64,000 bases of DNA from Sphyrna mokarran. Lineage: Eukaryota. Numbering within the stretch: the first letter of the stretch is position 1; the number at the start of each line of letters is the position of its first letter. This document shows positions 25,301 to 38,900 of this stretch, piece by piece. A program made the position numbers and the translations under genes. The DNA lies in assembly GCA_024679065.1 (NCBI GenBank), contig JAGIQG010000009.1:107446001-107510000 (forward strand), read 5' to 3'. The notes beneath the pieces are model-generated. The model searched no databases, had not been told where the DNA came from, and saw only the letters and a program-made list of their open reading frames with translations.

Positions 25301-26687
25301 AGCAAAAAATGCTGGAAAATCTCAGGTCAACGTTTTGATACTGGATATCCATTCATCAGAGCTGAAAGGAGAGCAATGAAAATCACACGAAATCTATACT
25401 GTGAGGATAGGGGGAGGGGGCTGTAGGTGGACAAAGCAAGTGTAAATAATGATGACAAAGGCTGAGAAAGGTGCTAAAAGTGTCCATTAGGAGATTGGAT
25501 TGTGTAAATGGCAGAATAAGATTAAAGAGACAGCAGGGTGGTACAGTAGTTGGCACTGCTGCCTCAGAGTGCCAGTGACCTGGGTTCGATTCCTGGCTTG
25601 GTTCACTGTTTGTGTGGAGTTTCCGCGTTGTCCCCGTGCTTGCGTGGGTTTCCTCCCGGTGCTCCGGTTTCCTCCCACAGTCTGAAAGACGTGCTTGTTA
25701 GGATGCGTTGATCCGAACGGGTGCCGGAATGTGGCGACTAAGGAAATTCCTCAGTAACTTCGTTGCAATATTAATGCAAGCCTTACTTGTGACTAATGAA
25801 TAAACCTTAGCTTTATGATATAAATACTCGCTCTCTGCGTTGTGGTTAATAAGCAACATTTTTTTCACTCATCACAGAGCTTTCCAAGTTTGCAACAAAA
25901 GTTTACAGTGCCTGCTGTCTATTGGGAAGCAGAAGTAATGGTGGGAGAACAGACCGAATATTGGCCTGCATCTGAATCGAACCTGTGTCTCTGGCGCTGT
26001 GAGACAGCAGTGCAGCCACACCGCCACCATACCTCCCACATGGAGTAGTTGTCTATTGAACTTGGTTGTCCGTTGTATGAATAAACATGAAGGTTATTGG
26101 CCTCATCGCTCCTTTAGGAACATTTTTATTCTTCGCAGCATTAGATGAAAGAATAACATTATCAACCATATCAGCTAATCATACAAATTTTATTTAGAGA
26201 AAAGACTTCGTTTAAAGGAAAATAGCGAAGCCTACATGAGCAACCATAAACGAAACACGGACATACTCAACCACCTTCTTATCCGCGACAGCAACACGTC
26301 TGGAGAAAAGTCTGTTCCTCAATATCTCCGGGACGGCTTGCGATAGTTAAGAGGATTCATTCACTGGAAATTGAGTATGATGATTACGATAGCAGATGCC
26401 AATTAGTGAAGACCATATAAAAAAAAACTCATTACAATTCGTTGTCGATTCCAATCATTTAAATCAAAATAAAAGTAAAAGAATAAAAATAATCCGCGTG
26501 TTCAAGAACTTTGGGAATAAAAATAACAGCAATACATTGCAGAAATGCGGTTCTCTTTAGTATATAGTAAGGTCTACTGCATCTTTCATTTTGTACCAAA
26601 GATCATGTTCATCGAAATCTCAACCCTGTACTCACTATTGATGCACCATTTTTCTATCCTTTCTCTGCCAATTCCATCCCTGAGACA

Positions 26688-26939
26688 TCATTGGCGTATC
26701 ATTGGGGCCCGAACTACCCCGTACACTACCGGTTCTTCCATCTGGTTTCGAGGTCTCACTGGCGTCTGATTCTTGTTCTTCTTATCACGACTTTGCCTGA
26801 CTACCGCGTACACAACCTCGCCTTCTCCTCGTTGAGGCGGGGGACCCGCGACATGATTGTTCGCGCGATTCTCCGGTCGCTGTGTTTTGGGTTTGGCGAT
26901 GTGCAGGTCAGCATAAATGACATTGTTCGACGTGTCTCC
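26688..26939 (-). CDS. Gene B terminal exon with three ITIMs
   Basis: VIYADL, VVYAVV and VVYGVV; indels relative to gene A preserve the frame; minus-strand AATAAA at 26189-26194. Confidence 0.85.
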   Translation of the reverse strand, partial: GDTSNNVIYADLHIAKPKTQRPENRANNHVAGPPPQRGEGEVVYAVVRQSRDKKNKNQTPVRPRNQMEEPVVYGVVRAPMIRQ

Positions 26940-29900
26940 CTCCAATGAAACAAAATTTAAAAAGAAAGAAACGGAAATGTTAACATTGCAGCTGCTTAGC
27001 ATAATAATGCGATTCCTGACCTAATGTAAAACTGCACGAAGGTATGTTGCGTAGTTGTGCTTAGAAGTTAGTGTGGCAAAAAAAAAAATGAACATGTGTA
27101 TGGAAAGGCCAAACAGGGTTACCAAGGCAACAGACTTTCAGGCGTTTGAATCTTTTTGAACTCGGCCAATCAATTTGAATCAGGCAATTAGAAACCAACA
27201 ACCTATTAAATTTAAGCCTGATGATTTTGGCAAGTTAGGACCAATCCCATTGAGAGGAATATTGATGTGTCATCACAAGGATAAAAGAAGACAGCAGACG
27301 GGCAAAAGACAGAGGTCAACTGCCGCCTGCTCCAATTCATAGCTCTTAGCTCAATTCTTCGTGTAGATAGTAAAGGTACCAAAGAAGAGAGAAGAATAGA
27401 CAGAGAAGGCCCAGAATTTTCCAAAATACACAAAAGGCGGTTCTAATTGAGAAGGCGACTAAAACTCTATTTCTGTTAATGATTGGAAATTGTATTTGAT
27501 GGAACAACATCCCATTAGAACTGTGTTTTATTCGGTTTGTTCATTATTTAGCTAACTTGTTCCGTGTTATTTGGATAATAAATTGTTACTTGCTAACTTT
27601 AGAGTGTAAGGGAGTTTTCTTGATTTAACTACTAGAGGTCGCTGAAGACCAGGTCACACCACTTTAGATTGACGTTGTACAGATTCAAAACATACTTCTC
27701 TTTGAGTGGTTAGGTGTTAATCCTCGGATCGAGGATAAACTTCTGCTTTATAATAAATACCTTTGCATCCATTGTTCTCCTGCGAAAGGCAGAACAGGAA
27801 TTCAGAAATAGCTTGTAATCTCAGCAATTAATATTGAAGTGAAATTCCTTTAAGTTTTCAACTTGCAGTTAAACCAGTTAGGTTTTTTGTTACTATTCTA
27901 ACGAGGCAGACAATGGTATTATCCTCAGATTATTAATACAAAACTACAGCTAATGTTTTGTAAATCCTGGTACAAATACCGTCATGGTAGATGGTGAATT
28001 TTGAATTCAATAAAAATATAACGGAATTAAGAATCTACAGATGACAATAAAATCATTATCAAATGTCCGAAGAAGCTATCTGGTTCATTCATGCCTTTTA
28101 GGGAAAGAAATCTGCCATCCTTACCCGGTCTGGTCTACATGTGTCTGCAGAGCCACAGTAATGTGGTTGACACTCAGCTCCCCTCAGCAAGCCACCCCAT
28201 TGTTCAAAAGGACAGCTCACCACCAGCTTCTCAACGGGAGTTTGAGGAGTGGGCAATAAATGCTGGCTGGCAAGAGAAGTCTATGACCCACGAATGAATT
28301 AAAAAATACCAGTAAGACAGGCCGAGAACGTTTTGGAATTTTTAGACCTTCACTTGGTTAGCCGTGAACGGATTTCTATTGGTTACAAGTGGTTTTAAAA
28401 GTACGTAGAAACCTCTGACAATTCTTTACTGATCCCAACCTCTCTTAAATGAGGCAATACATAACCTCTCAGAATTTTTTTGAGTTATCTGTCAGTGAGG
28501 TTAGGATTAGTTTTCTTGAAATAGGGTTAGCTCTTTCAAAAGAGAAGGGCATGCTAGCAGTGCTCATGTCCTGCAGCATCGCCCCTGCAGCGATTGGAGG
28601 TTGCGAAATGATTGTTAGAGCTGATATTCATCCCAACACCCATTAGAATCCAGATATACCTTTCCCCTAGGTCTGGAGATTCATCCACTTACAAGGACTT
28701 TAAGCAGGTTAGTATTTTCTCCCTTATTACATTTATCTTATCAAATATTTTAACTTTGTCTCTCTAATTACTTTGTCTGCTTTGTTCCTCTGAGGAAAAC
28801 AGGTGGAAAGTATTCACTAAGAGGCTTGTCCGCGTCACGTGCTTCTTTGGTGTATTTTAACTTTTTGATCTCTAATTCACCTTAATCGTTTCTTCATTGT
28901 CCATTTGTTCTTTGTGAATAGATGGAACATATTTCTAGATTTTCTAAATTATACTTGCCAATGTTTTCCCGGTTCCTTGTTTCCATAATGTTCATAGAAA
29001 TAATAGAATTCCTAAATGCAGAAGGAGGCCATTCGGCCCATCGAGTCTGTACCAACAAAAATCCCACCGAGGTCCTATCCCCATCACCCCACACATTTAT
29101 CCCACTAATCTCTCTAGACTTGGCTTCCCTTGACACTAAGGCTCAATTTAGCACGGACAATCAACATAACCCGCACATCTTTGAAATGTCGCAGGAAACC
29201 TGATCACACAGGGGAAACTCACGCAGACACGGAGGGGAAGGTGCAGATTGCACACCTTCAGTGACCCAAGCCAGGAATTAAACCCAGGCCCCTGGAGCTG
29301 TGATGCAGCCGTGCTAAACAACCGTGTCACAGTGCCGCCCCAAGAGCGTGCAAACGCAATCCCCACTACCAGAAATTTTGCAGTCGGGCATCCCGCATTT
29401 GGGGGCATCGCAGGCATCAGCACAACCGAAGTGCAATGGGCTAACTCGTCCTGGGCGAACCACTTGCTTGATCGTCGTTTCACCCCGTCAAGTAGGTATT
29501 TCATAATCATAGAGCTCAGAGTCAATAATGTAAGGAGACAGACATTAGGCCCATCGAGTCCATGCCTACTGTCTGTAGTGGCATCCAACCATTCCCAATC
29601 GTCCATTTAAACCCTGTAGGTTTATTCCCTTCGTGTTCCCATCTCATTTCCTTCTGAAATCCTTTAGCAGCTTTGCTGATATTTCCTTCCATCTACCTTA
29701 GAGATTGCGAGTTTCAGGTCATCATCACTCGCTGCATAAGGCAGTTCTGCATCATATCCCCTCTCCACTCTGCTGCTCGAAACCTTAAACATTCCTTGCA
29801 ACTTCAGTTGACAGGAACAGCCTTTATTTTCCTCCTTATCGAAACCTGGCAACTCATGTACACCTCTACCAAATAGTCCTCTTCGATCACAATTGACCGA

Positions 29901-32900
29901 AGGAGAACAACCCCAAATTTCCAGCCTAAACTTATAACTAAAACCGTTCAACCTTGGAATCATTCCGATAAATCTTCATCCCGCATTTCGAAATATCATT
30001 TCCGTTCTTGTAAACTATGATGACCAGAATTAGACACAATTACTACTTATTTATTTAGTATGACAGGTAGGCTTATATTAACACTACAATGAAGGTCCTC
30101 TGAGAATCCTCTCGTCGCCACACTCCTATGCTTGTTCGGATACACTGATGGAGAATTAAGCATGGCCAATGCACTTAACCAGTACATTTTTGGGACCGTG
30201 GAAGGAAACCCATGCAGACATAGGGAGAATATGCAAACACTGCACAAAGAGTAACCCAAGTTGGAAATTGAACCCGATGCTGTGAGGCAGCAGTGGTAGC
30301 CATTGTTTTACCATACTCATGCATAATCAGAATGCTATAAAACTTGACTTCCCTGTTTTCATATTCAGTGAAGCGACACAGGAAGGCAAAAGTCCGATTG
30401 CCTTATCAGTTTCCACTCAACTTTAACTACTTATACACGTAAACCTGCAATTCTCGTTTTTTATATTTAAAAATATTACACTTTCCATGCTCCTGTTTGA
30501 TTTGCACCGTTCTGGTTTATTGACATCTGAAATTTGCTTTTTTTTTGCTTCGTGTTGCTCTGCATGCAATGTGGTATATCAATTCAAATTAACTCCCTGT
30601 ATTCAACGTAAGTATTTGCAATACTCAATATTTTGTATGCCGTAACAACTGCCCAAGCAACATTTTACACTCCAATCAAACACCTTTAACCTATGTTCTT
30701 AAGAAATAGGAGCCGGAGTAGGCCATTCGTCCTCTCGAGACTGATGCACCATTCAATTAGATCATGATTGATCTACTTCAGTACAATTTTCCCGCACTAT
30801 CCCCACAGCCCTTCGTTGTTTCCAATATACAATCTCTAACCACACCTGCTGTGCACATACTGAATGATTGAGCCTCACATTATTCTGGGATAGAGAACTG
30901 CAAAGGTGCAGCACACTCAGAAGGGAGAAATTCCATCTCGTTTTAGCTGGGCATGCCTTTCTCCTTACTGTATGCCCCCTGAAATTGAACGATTTAGCTG
31001 TAGGCCTCTATTCAAATTTCTAACTGTAGAGCATGAACTCACACTTGCATCACATTCAATTCTATCTGCCCTGTATCCACAATCCACCAGTCCAATTATG
31101 TTCTCTTGAAATCTAACAACAATCTCCTTCCTGCTCATGATACCTTTTGTGCTGCAATTTTACCATCATCATCAGTTCATTTAAAATGAAGGTATCAAAT
31201 AACGATCAGAGTAATATGTGATTGCTGATTGAATATATTTGTTAATTTTGCTAAATAGAATACTCACAGGTGTGGCGATGCAGTGCCTTTAAGAAATGTA
31301 TTTCAATCATGTTTCTAGTAGCCAATGTTCTTTATTTCTGCTCGGGGAGATTAATAGACATTATGCTAATTTTAATCTGGACAAATGTAGTGTTTTGTGG
31401 TTTAGTGGTCCCTTGATTTGAGATTGATCGACAGTTTATATTAATTAGGAAAAGGAATGTTTCAGGAAAAAGTGCCATTTCAAATTTGTTTGAGTTGCTG
31501 CTAGAAAGAAGGCAATGTCTCTATCTCTGTCTCTCTCCAGGTGTTTGCTGAAAGTTCCAGGACTGAAAGCCTCAGAGATTTAATCCAACATTTAAAGGAC
31601 CAATTCACAGTCGGTATAAGAAGCTTGAAGTCCACTGATTTTATACCAAGTCTAGAGAAATGTTTATGTAGGTGGGATGATGTTTGACTTGAAACAATAT
31701 TGGTAGCTACTTGTAAAGATTCGTATTGTGTTGTGTTTAATTCGTACAATTGGTAAACCCTATTCCAAATCTTTTCATTATATTTTAACTGTGTAATTAA
31801 ACAAACTTTATTTGATAAAAGCTTCCTAGTGTGTCACTTGAATCACACCTCGGCAGAAATAAAGGGCACTGGTTGCAGACAACGCGGTCTCAATAAAATG
31901 CTACTAGGAAGGTGATTGAAATACATTTCTTAAAGGCACAGCATCATCACACTTGTGAGCATTTCATTTAGCAAAAATAGCACATGTATTCAATCTGTAA
32001 TCACATATTCCTCTGATTGCTATTTGATACCATTGTTTTCAACAAATTGATGACGAGGTAAAATTGCAGAACAAGAGGTGTCATGAGCAGGAAGGAGCTT
32101 GTTCTTAATATCTTATGCTCACCCCATGCCAAAATCAAAAGTAAAATTTAGGATCTGGGCTAACTTTATAAAATACTTCACAGTTTTTTGCCTGAGTCCT
32201 GATGTAAGAAAGAGACGTCATTCTGGGCAATATGGAGAGGACCTTACATTTTTCAGAATTAATGTTGTCTTAAAGTAGACTTATAATTCAGATGATTGGG
32301 CAATGGAGCTGTTAATCTGCTGTTTTGATGCAATACTTTCATGTATCAGCGGCATAGTGGCATGCACTGCTACCTCACAGTGCCAGGGGCACAAGTACGA
32401 TTGATGGCGTGGGTCACTGCCTGTGTGGCGTTTGCAAATTCTCCCCATGTCTGCACAGGTTTCCTCTGGGTGCTTCGGTTTCCTCCCACATTCCTAAGAT
32501 GTGCGGGTTAGGTGGATTGGCTATGCTAAATGTCAGGGGGAGTAGCCATGGCAAATGCATAGTGCTATGGGGAAACGGCGTATGTGGGATTGTGGTCGGT
32601 GCAGACTCAATGGGCCAAATAGCCTCCTTCTGTGCTATAGATTTCTATGCTGAGATTTCAACCCTCCATTCTAAAGCAAAAGTCTATTAAAAATTTAAAT
32701 CCTTATATAATTGTAATGTTGGACATTTGTCTTACCTGCGCATCATTTCGAGTTGTTGGTCTTCTATCTGTAAAACGTTTGAGATAAACATATCACTTTT
32801 ATGCGGCGAAGAAGGCAAGTGGAATGAAAAAAAATCAGTTCTTTTCCCGATGAATCAAGTAATCGCTCAATAATGATAGGAAGCCAAAATAAAGTTCTAC

Positions 32901-35900
32901 AGTCAGACCTGAATCCATACCTTTCACTGTGTAAGTGCATGTGAACTTTGGGCTAACTTGAGCACAATGCTGGAGTCCTGGAAATTTTACTAGTCTAGCA
33001 ATCCACAGACAGAGTTTATTACTCTGAGAATTTGAGTCCACATGTCAGTGTGGAATTTAAATTCAATTAATAAATAAATACTTAATTGAAAGCTTGTCTC
33101 AATAATGATAACCGTGAAATGATCGAATATGACAGAAAAACTCATCTGGTTTGATAATGTCTCTTAGGAATCGTTCTTAGTTAAAGTGGTCTTTTCACAC
33201 CAGACCCAGAGAAATGTATTTGACTCTACTGCCACCTGAAATGGTTCTCTACGCTATTCAGATGTTCCTAACCGCTGCCGGAAAGTTAATGAACTGCAGT
33301 CATTCACCACCGCCTTCACAAGGACAGTTAGGATGGGCGACATGCTGGCCTTAACAGCGACAGCCACATCCCGTGAAAGGAGATAACATAAAGGAGATAA
33401 AATATAATTGCAAGTGCATCCTGATGTTAAACATAACGCAATCAGTTACAATTTACTTCTTAGCTCTAAAGACATTATCGTGCTTTACAGTGCATGCCAT
33501 GCTAAAACTCGAAACAATTAAACTAGGAGTAGAAATAGGCCATTCCGCCCTTCGATCCTATTCCACAATTCAATATGACCATGGCTGGTCATCTACCTTA
33601 ATATTCCTGCTTCCTTCCTACACTTCTTTATCTTAGCTTCATGCATGTGAACCGGAGCACTGGTTGAGCTCTCATAAGTCGGTGCCCAAGCATACAGGAT
33701 AGTTGTCAACTCATTAATTGATGCCAATTTTGAAGATTGTCCTCAAAGTTAGCACTGCCGTCAGCTGCTGTAATATTCAGCGATGACTGACTGTCCTCTC
33801 TCGAAAATTTCTCAATGCTATCTGCCTTAGAAGTTGCGTGTTCACACCCCACTCCACAACTTCCAACACAAAATCTGACACTGCAAAATCTGATACTGCA
33901 TGTCCAGTATCGGACATGCTGAATTTGGGATGTGAGGTGAATTCAAGTCTAGGATGACTCTTTTTCCCCAAGATCTCTTAATATGAATATAAACGATCAC
34001 TGCCAACGGGCAGAGGAGTTACCACCATCGCTCCCCCACCATCAAACTCATCTCCCACTCCCATTCAATCCCACAGCCAATATTGATCACTGAGACAAAA
34101 GCCCATGGCCAAATTATCTGATTATTATCACATTCATGCATTTAAAGCCTGTCTTGTCGATCTCCCCACAGTACATTGTGCAAGATATAGATCTTGTGGC
34201 TAAAGGGACCAAGGGATATGGGGGGAGAGCGGGATCAGGATATTAATTTTGATGATCAGCCTTGATCAAAATGAATGGCAGAGCAGGTTCAGAAGGCCGA
34301 ATGGCCCACTTCTGCTTCCATTTTACTATTATGAAACTATTTCATTAGTTGTAAATCTCTCATCAATTCCAGAAATGCTCTACATGTGATCGTGTCGCCG
34401 ATATGGTCACAGGTCATTCGGCCCAAAAAGATGCAAGCTCTCTTTTTCTTTTGCTATTGCCGTTGCTTCATAGCACTCGCGCATCTCCATTCAAGGATGC
34501 TTTTAAACCCTAAATATAGCTGATCACTACTCACCACGATTGGACATGTATGAATTACTTTGACACTTGTTGCGGCTCAAGAAGATAAGAATTGCGATCA
34601 GGAGAAGCAGTATAGTGACCACCAACGCTGAAGACAAAGTGATCAATTTGTGCGTTGAAATTTCTTCCTTGCTCTCGACCTGACCTGGGGAATATGAAAG
34701 GACTATTAATAATAACATCCAGTTAGCTTTTCAATGAACTGAGCCACATATTTGGCTCATTGTAAAGTCACTTTTTAAAAAGTAAATTGTATGTTTTAAG
34801 TGTTTAGTTCCCCTTTCGATAACAATGTATTTGTTTAATTTGATTTGTCGTTGTCACATGTTTTGGGACACAGTGAAAAGTGTTGTTTCTTGCATGCCAC
34901 ATACCGTTCAGAGGGTGCACAGAGGAGAAGGAAAGGAGAGAGTCAGAGATAGTGCTACTGTCATAGCTAGGGTGTAGAGAAAGATCAGGTGCCCCTTTGT
35001 GTTCTGCCGAGTTATATAAAATTATATGAATGAATTTACCTATGAGCGTGTGTAGATGCAAGATGTAGATGTTATACCAACACAAAGCTCATCTTAATTC
35101 AATTAACTTTGCATATGCCTCTTAGCGAAGAAGCTGTGATACAGAATTTAAATTCATGCACTACAGTGGTTGCCCCACCTAACTTTAGATGAATAGATAT
35201 CTGTGCATTCATGTTTGCGTTTCAACACCAAGACAAAGTTTTACTATTTGTCGTAATCGGTTTGAAGTGGAACAGGAATTCACATAAACTTTGACCAGTC
35301 TGGACAGGAACAATGCTAAAAAAACGCATTTCTCTCATCTTGACTCGTGCCAATGAAGGAAACGAAGAAAATAGGATCAGTAAGAGTTGGCCATTCACTG
35401 CGGTGAGCCTGCCCTGCTATGAAGCAAAATAATGGCTGATTTTGTATCTCAATGCCTTATTCCAGTGCTCTCCCCATAGCCCTCACATCCTTACAGTCTT
35501 GAAATCTATCACCTTCCTAACTTTTCTCTATCTCCACTCACCTTCTGTTGTAAAGGGTTCCATGGATTTATCACTGTCTCAGCGAAGATACTTGTACTCA
35601 TCTCAGTCCTAAATGACCTATCCCAAATTATGAGGCTGAGATCTTGGTAGCCAGAAGAATTACCAAATTACCAGCCAGTCTGTCCAGCCATGACAAAATA
35701 TTGTGCACTTCAATGATAGTCCCTCTCACTCTTCTCAATTTCAGTCAATACGAACGCAGTTGACCAAATCTTTCCTCATACGACAATCTTGTCAACTCAA
35801 CAATCAGTCTGACGACTTTCACTGCATTCTCCCTAACGCAATTATATTGCTTCTTAAATAAGGACACACAAACTGCACACAATACTGCAAGTGTGGACTC

Positions 35901-38900
35901 ATTGAGGTAATGTAAAGTGGCAATACGACATCCTTGATCCTATCCTCAAAGCCTTTTGCAATGAAGGCCAACATGCCATTTGGCTTCCTAACCCGTTGCT
36001 GTACCTGCATGCTTGCTTTCAGTGAGTGGTGTAGTAGTCACCCAAGTCTCTTCGTGCATCAACGTTTGCCAATCTCTCATCTTTTAAATAATATTCTGTC
36101 ACTCTGTTTCTTCTTCTGAAATGAACAACTTCACATTTTCGCACGTAATAGTGCATTGGCCATACGTTTTCCAATTCACACAACTTGATTAATTCACCAC
36201 AAAGCCTCCTGAACATTCTCGTCACTACTCAACTTCCCACTACCCTTCTCTTCATCAACAAGTTATTGAAAAAAATGCATCCATTCCATTGATACATTGT
36301 GAATAGTTAGGGCCCATGTGTTGCTTCTATGAGACTAGCTACTGCCTGCTACTTCGAAAAAGACCCATTTATTCCTATTTTCTGTTTCCTTTCTGCTGAC
36401 AAATTGTCAACAATCCCGTTCCCCCCCAATCCAATATGTTTCAATTTTGTACACTGATACTCCTTGTGGGAATTTACTGGAAACCTTCAGAAAGTCCAAA
36501 TAGAATCATCCACTGGTTAAAACTTACCTATTCTACTAGTAATGTCCTCAGAATTTTTAGCTGAATTTTAAAATATAATTTCCTTTTCATAAATCCATAT
36601 TGACTTTGTCTAACCCCTTTTATATTCTCCAGCAGTTCTGTTATCTCCAGCATTTTCCCTGCTTCTTACCTTAAAGTAGCGTGTCTATTTTCTCCCACGC
36701 TCATTTTTTAAATAACAATGATACATGTAAGACTCTTCAATCTGCCAGGACCGTCCAGAATCTGCAGAATTTTGGTGATGACAACAAACACATGCATCAT
36801 TTCCATAGCCAGCACCTTTGTTATCCTAGCATGTAGATTATCTGGTTCTAAAGTTTTTTTTTGGTTTTCTGCCCTTTAATTGGTCTAACACTAATTTTCT
36901 GTTATTGCCATTTCCCTTAAATTCCTCCTTCTCACTACAATCTAGATGCTTCAGCATTTCTAGAAGTTTATTGTGTCTTCCCCCAGGAGATAAGAAAAAT
37001 GTACTTATTTGACTGCTCTGCTGTTTTTTTGTTCTCTACTATAAGTTCTACTCTTTCTGACTGTAAGGGACCTACATTTGTCTTCATTATTCTTCTTCAT
37101 TTTATATGCTTGCAGAAGTTTGAGTGACCACTTTTATGCTGTTTGTAGGTTTACTTTCATATTTTATTCCTCCTTAATCAAACTTGTGGACTTCTTTGCT
37201 GAATATTGATTTTTTTTCCTAATCCTCCAGCTTGCTACTTTTACTAGCAGAATTACAGGACTGCTGCTTGGATCTAACATTATCCTTAGCGGTGGCATAT
37301 TTTGGCCACTTTCCTTGTTTTCTTTTTACACCAGAAAGAAATATACAATGGGCGCAATGGATACCTTATTTCCTTAAGCATTAGCCAATGCCTAGCCACC
37401 ATCATGTTTTTAATGAAATTCCATAATCTATGGTAGCCAATTCATAGGAACGATAGAAATCATAGAATCCCTACAGTGCAGAAGGAAGCCATTCAGCCCA
37501 TTGAGTTTGCATAGGCCACAATTACACGCAGCCCCTATCCGTGTAGCTCCACTTATTTAGCCTGCCAGTCCTTCTGAAAGTGAAAGTCAGTTTAGCATGA
37601 CCAATGAAGCTAACCTGCACAATTTTCCATCTTAATGAAGAATTCTGTTATGTTACCGATACTGTTCTCTAAATGACCATACAAAAGAAAATGATTAATT
37701 AATCCATTGTCACTGTATAATTATAAATCTATGATAACAGGTTTCTTCGCTGCTTCCTAGTTGGACATACTGGTTAAAAAATACTCGTACGCACTCCAGG
37801 AATTCATAAGCCAAATTATTGTTATAATTTGCTTTGCCCAATCAATGCATTGATTATTTTACATTCATCCATGTGGTGTAGGCTTCCATCTCATTGCGCT
37901 TCTCTAATTGCCCTTCAATAGTGTAGCTTGCTGAATCATCTAGAATCATAGAATCCTACAGAAGGAGGCCATTCGGGCCATCCCGTCTGCACCGACCATA
38001 ATGCAACCCAGGCCCTCTCCCTTTAACCCATGCATTTGCCCTAGCTAGGCTCCCTGAGGCTAACGGGACATTTCCCACGGTCAATCCACCTAACTGGCAT
38101 GGGAGGACTATCGCAGGAAACCAAAGCACTCAAAGGAAACTCATGCAGACACTGAGAGAATGTGCAAACTCCACACAGACAGTGACCTAAGTTCGGAATC
38201 GAATCCGTGTCTCTGCGCTGAGAGGCAGCAGTGCCAATCACTATGTCACAGTCCTTTTAACAATTTTATACATTTTCTGTCCGCATATCGCATGGAATTA
38301 GAGAATGGAGTTCAGAAATCAATCAGCCATGATCAAATGGCAGCACAGATTCGAATGGTCAAATCCGCTCCTATGCCTTATGATAATGTGGCCGTCTACC
38401 TCAGATGTTGTAGGACCGCAATGGTCAACGTCGACAGTGAGGCCGAAAACCATGAAGGAACTTGAATACAAGAATGAAGCTTTCAAAATCCTCATCAAAG
38501 ACGGTCAATCAAATTTAATAACAATAGAATGAATGGTGAATGCGATTGTGACCAAATTAAGTTAGGAAACGAAATCTATTGGTAATGAATGCATAGCCGA
38601 AGATTTTCGCAGCACGGAGCCGAAGGTCGAATTAGAGCGTGAGATATAAGGCATGAGATATAATCTTCATAATAGTACGAAAGGATGGTCAGGAAACGAA
38701 TATGAGGTACAACAAGGCACACAAGTTGGGAAATGTCTGACTCAGTTTGAGAGAATTATCCCCAATTGAGAAAGTGGACCTGAAAGTGAGTTTGTGATGA
38801 AGACAGAAAGCGATGGCATCAACCTTTCAAATGTTCCATTGTCGAAAATATCTTGTCATCCAATTCCAGTAATTAGAAACAATTCGTTTGCATATATAAG

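Larger units (their letters stand above)
680..25530. repeat. Segmental duplication unit, paralogous to ~25975-50975
   Basis: Collinear similarity throughout, including shared TE insertions; divergence roughly 15-20% by eye. Confidence 0.9.

Noticed and set aside
27761-27779. Functional 19-nt micro-exon in gene B
   Set aside because: Its donor abuts the LTR boundary and is absent in gene A; it is better explained as half of the LTR-disrupted exon. Not fully excluded.
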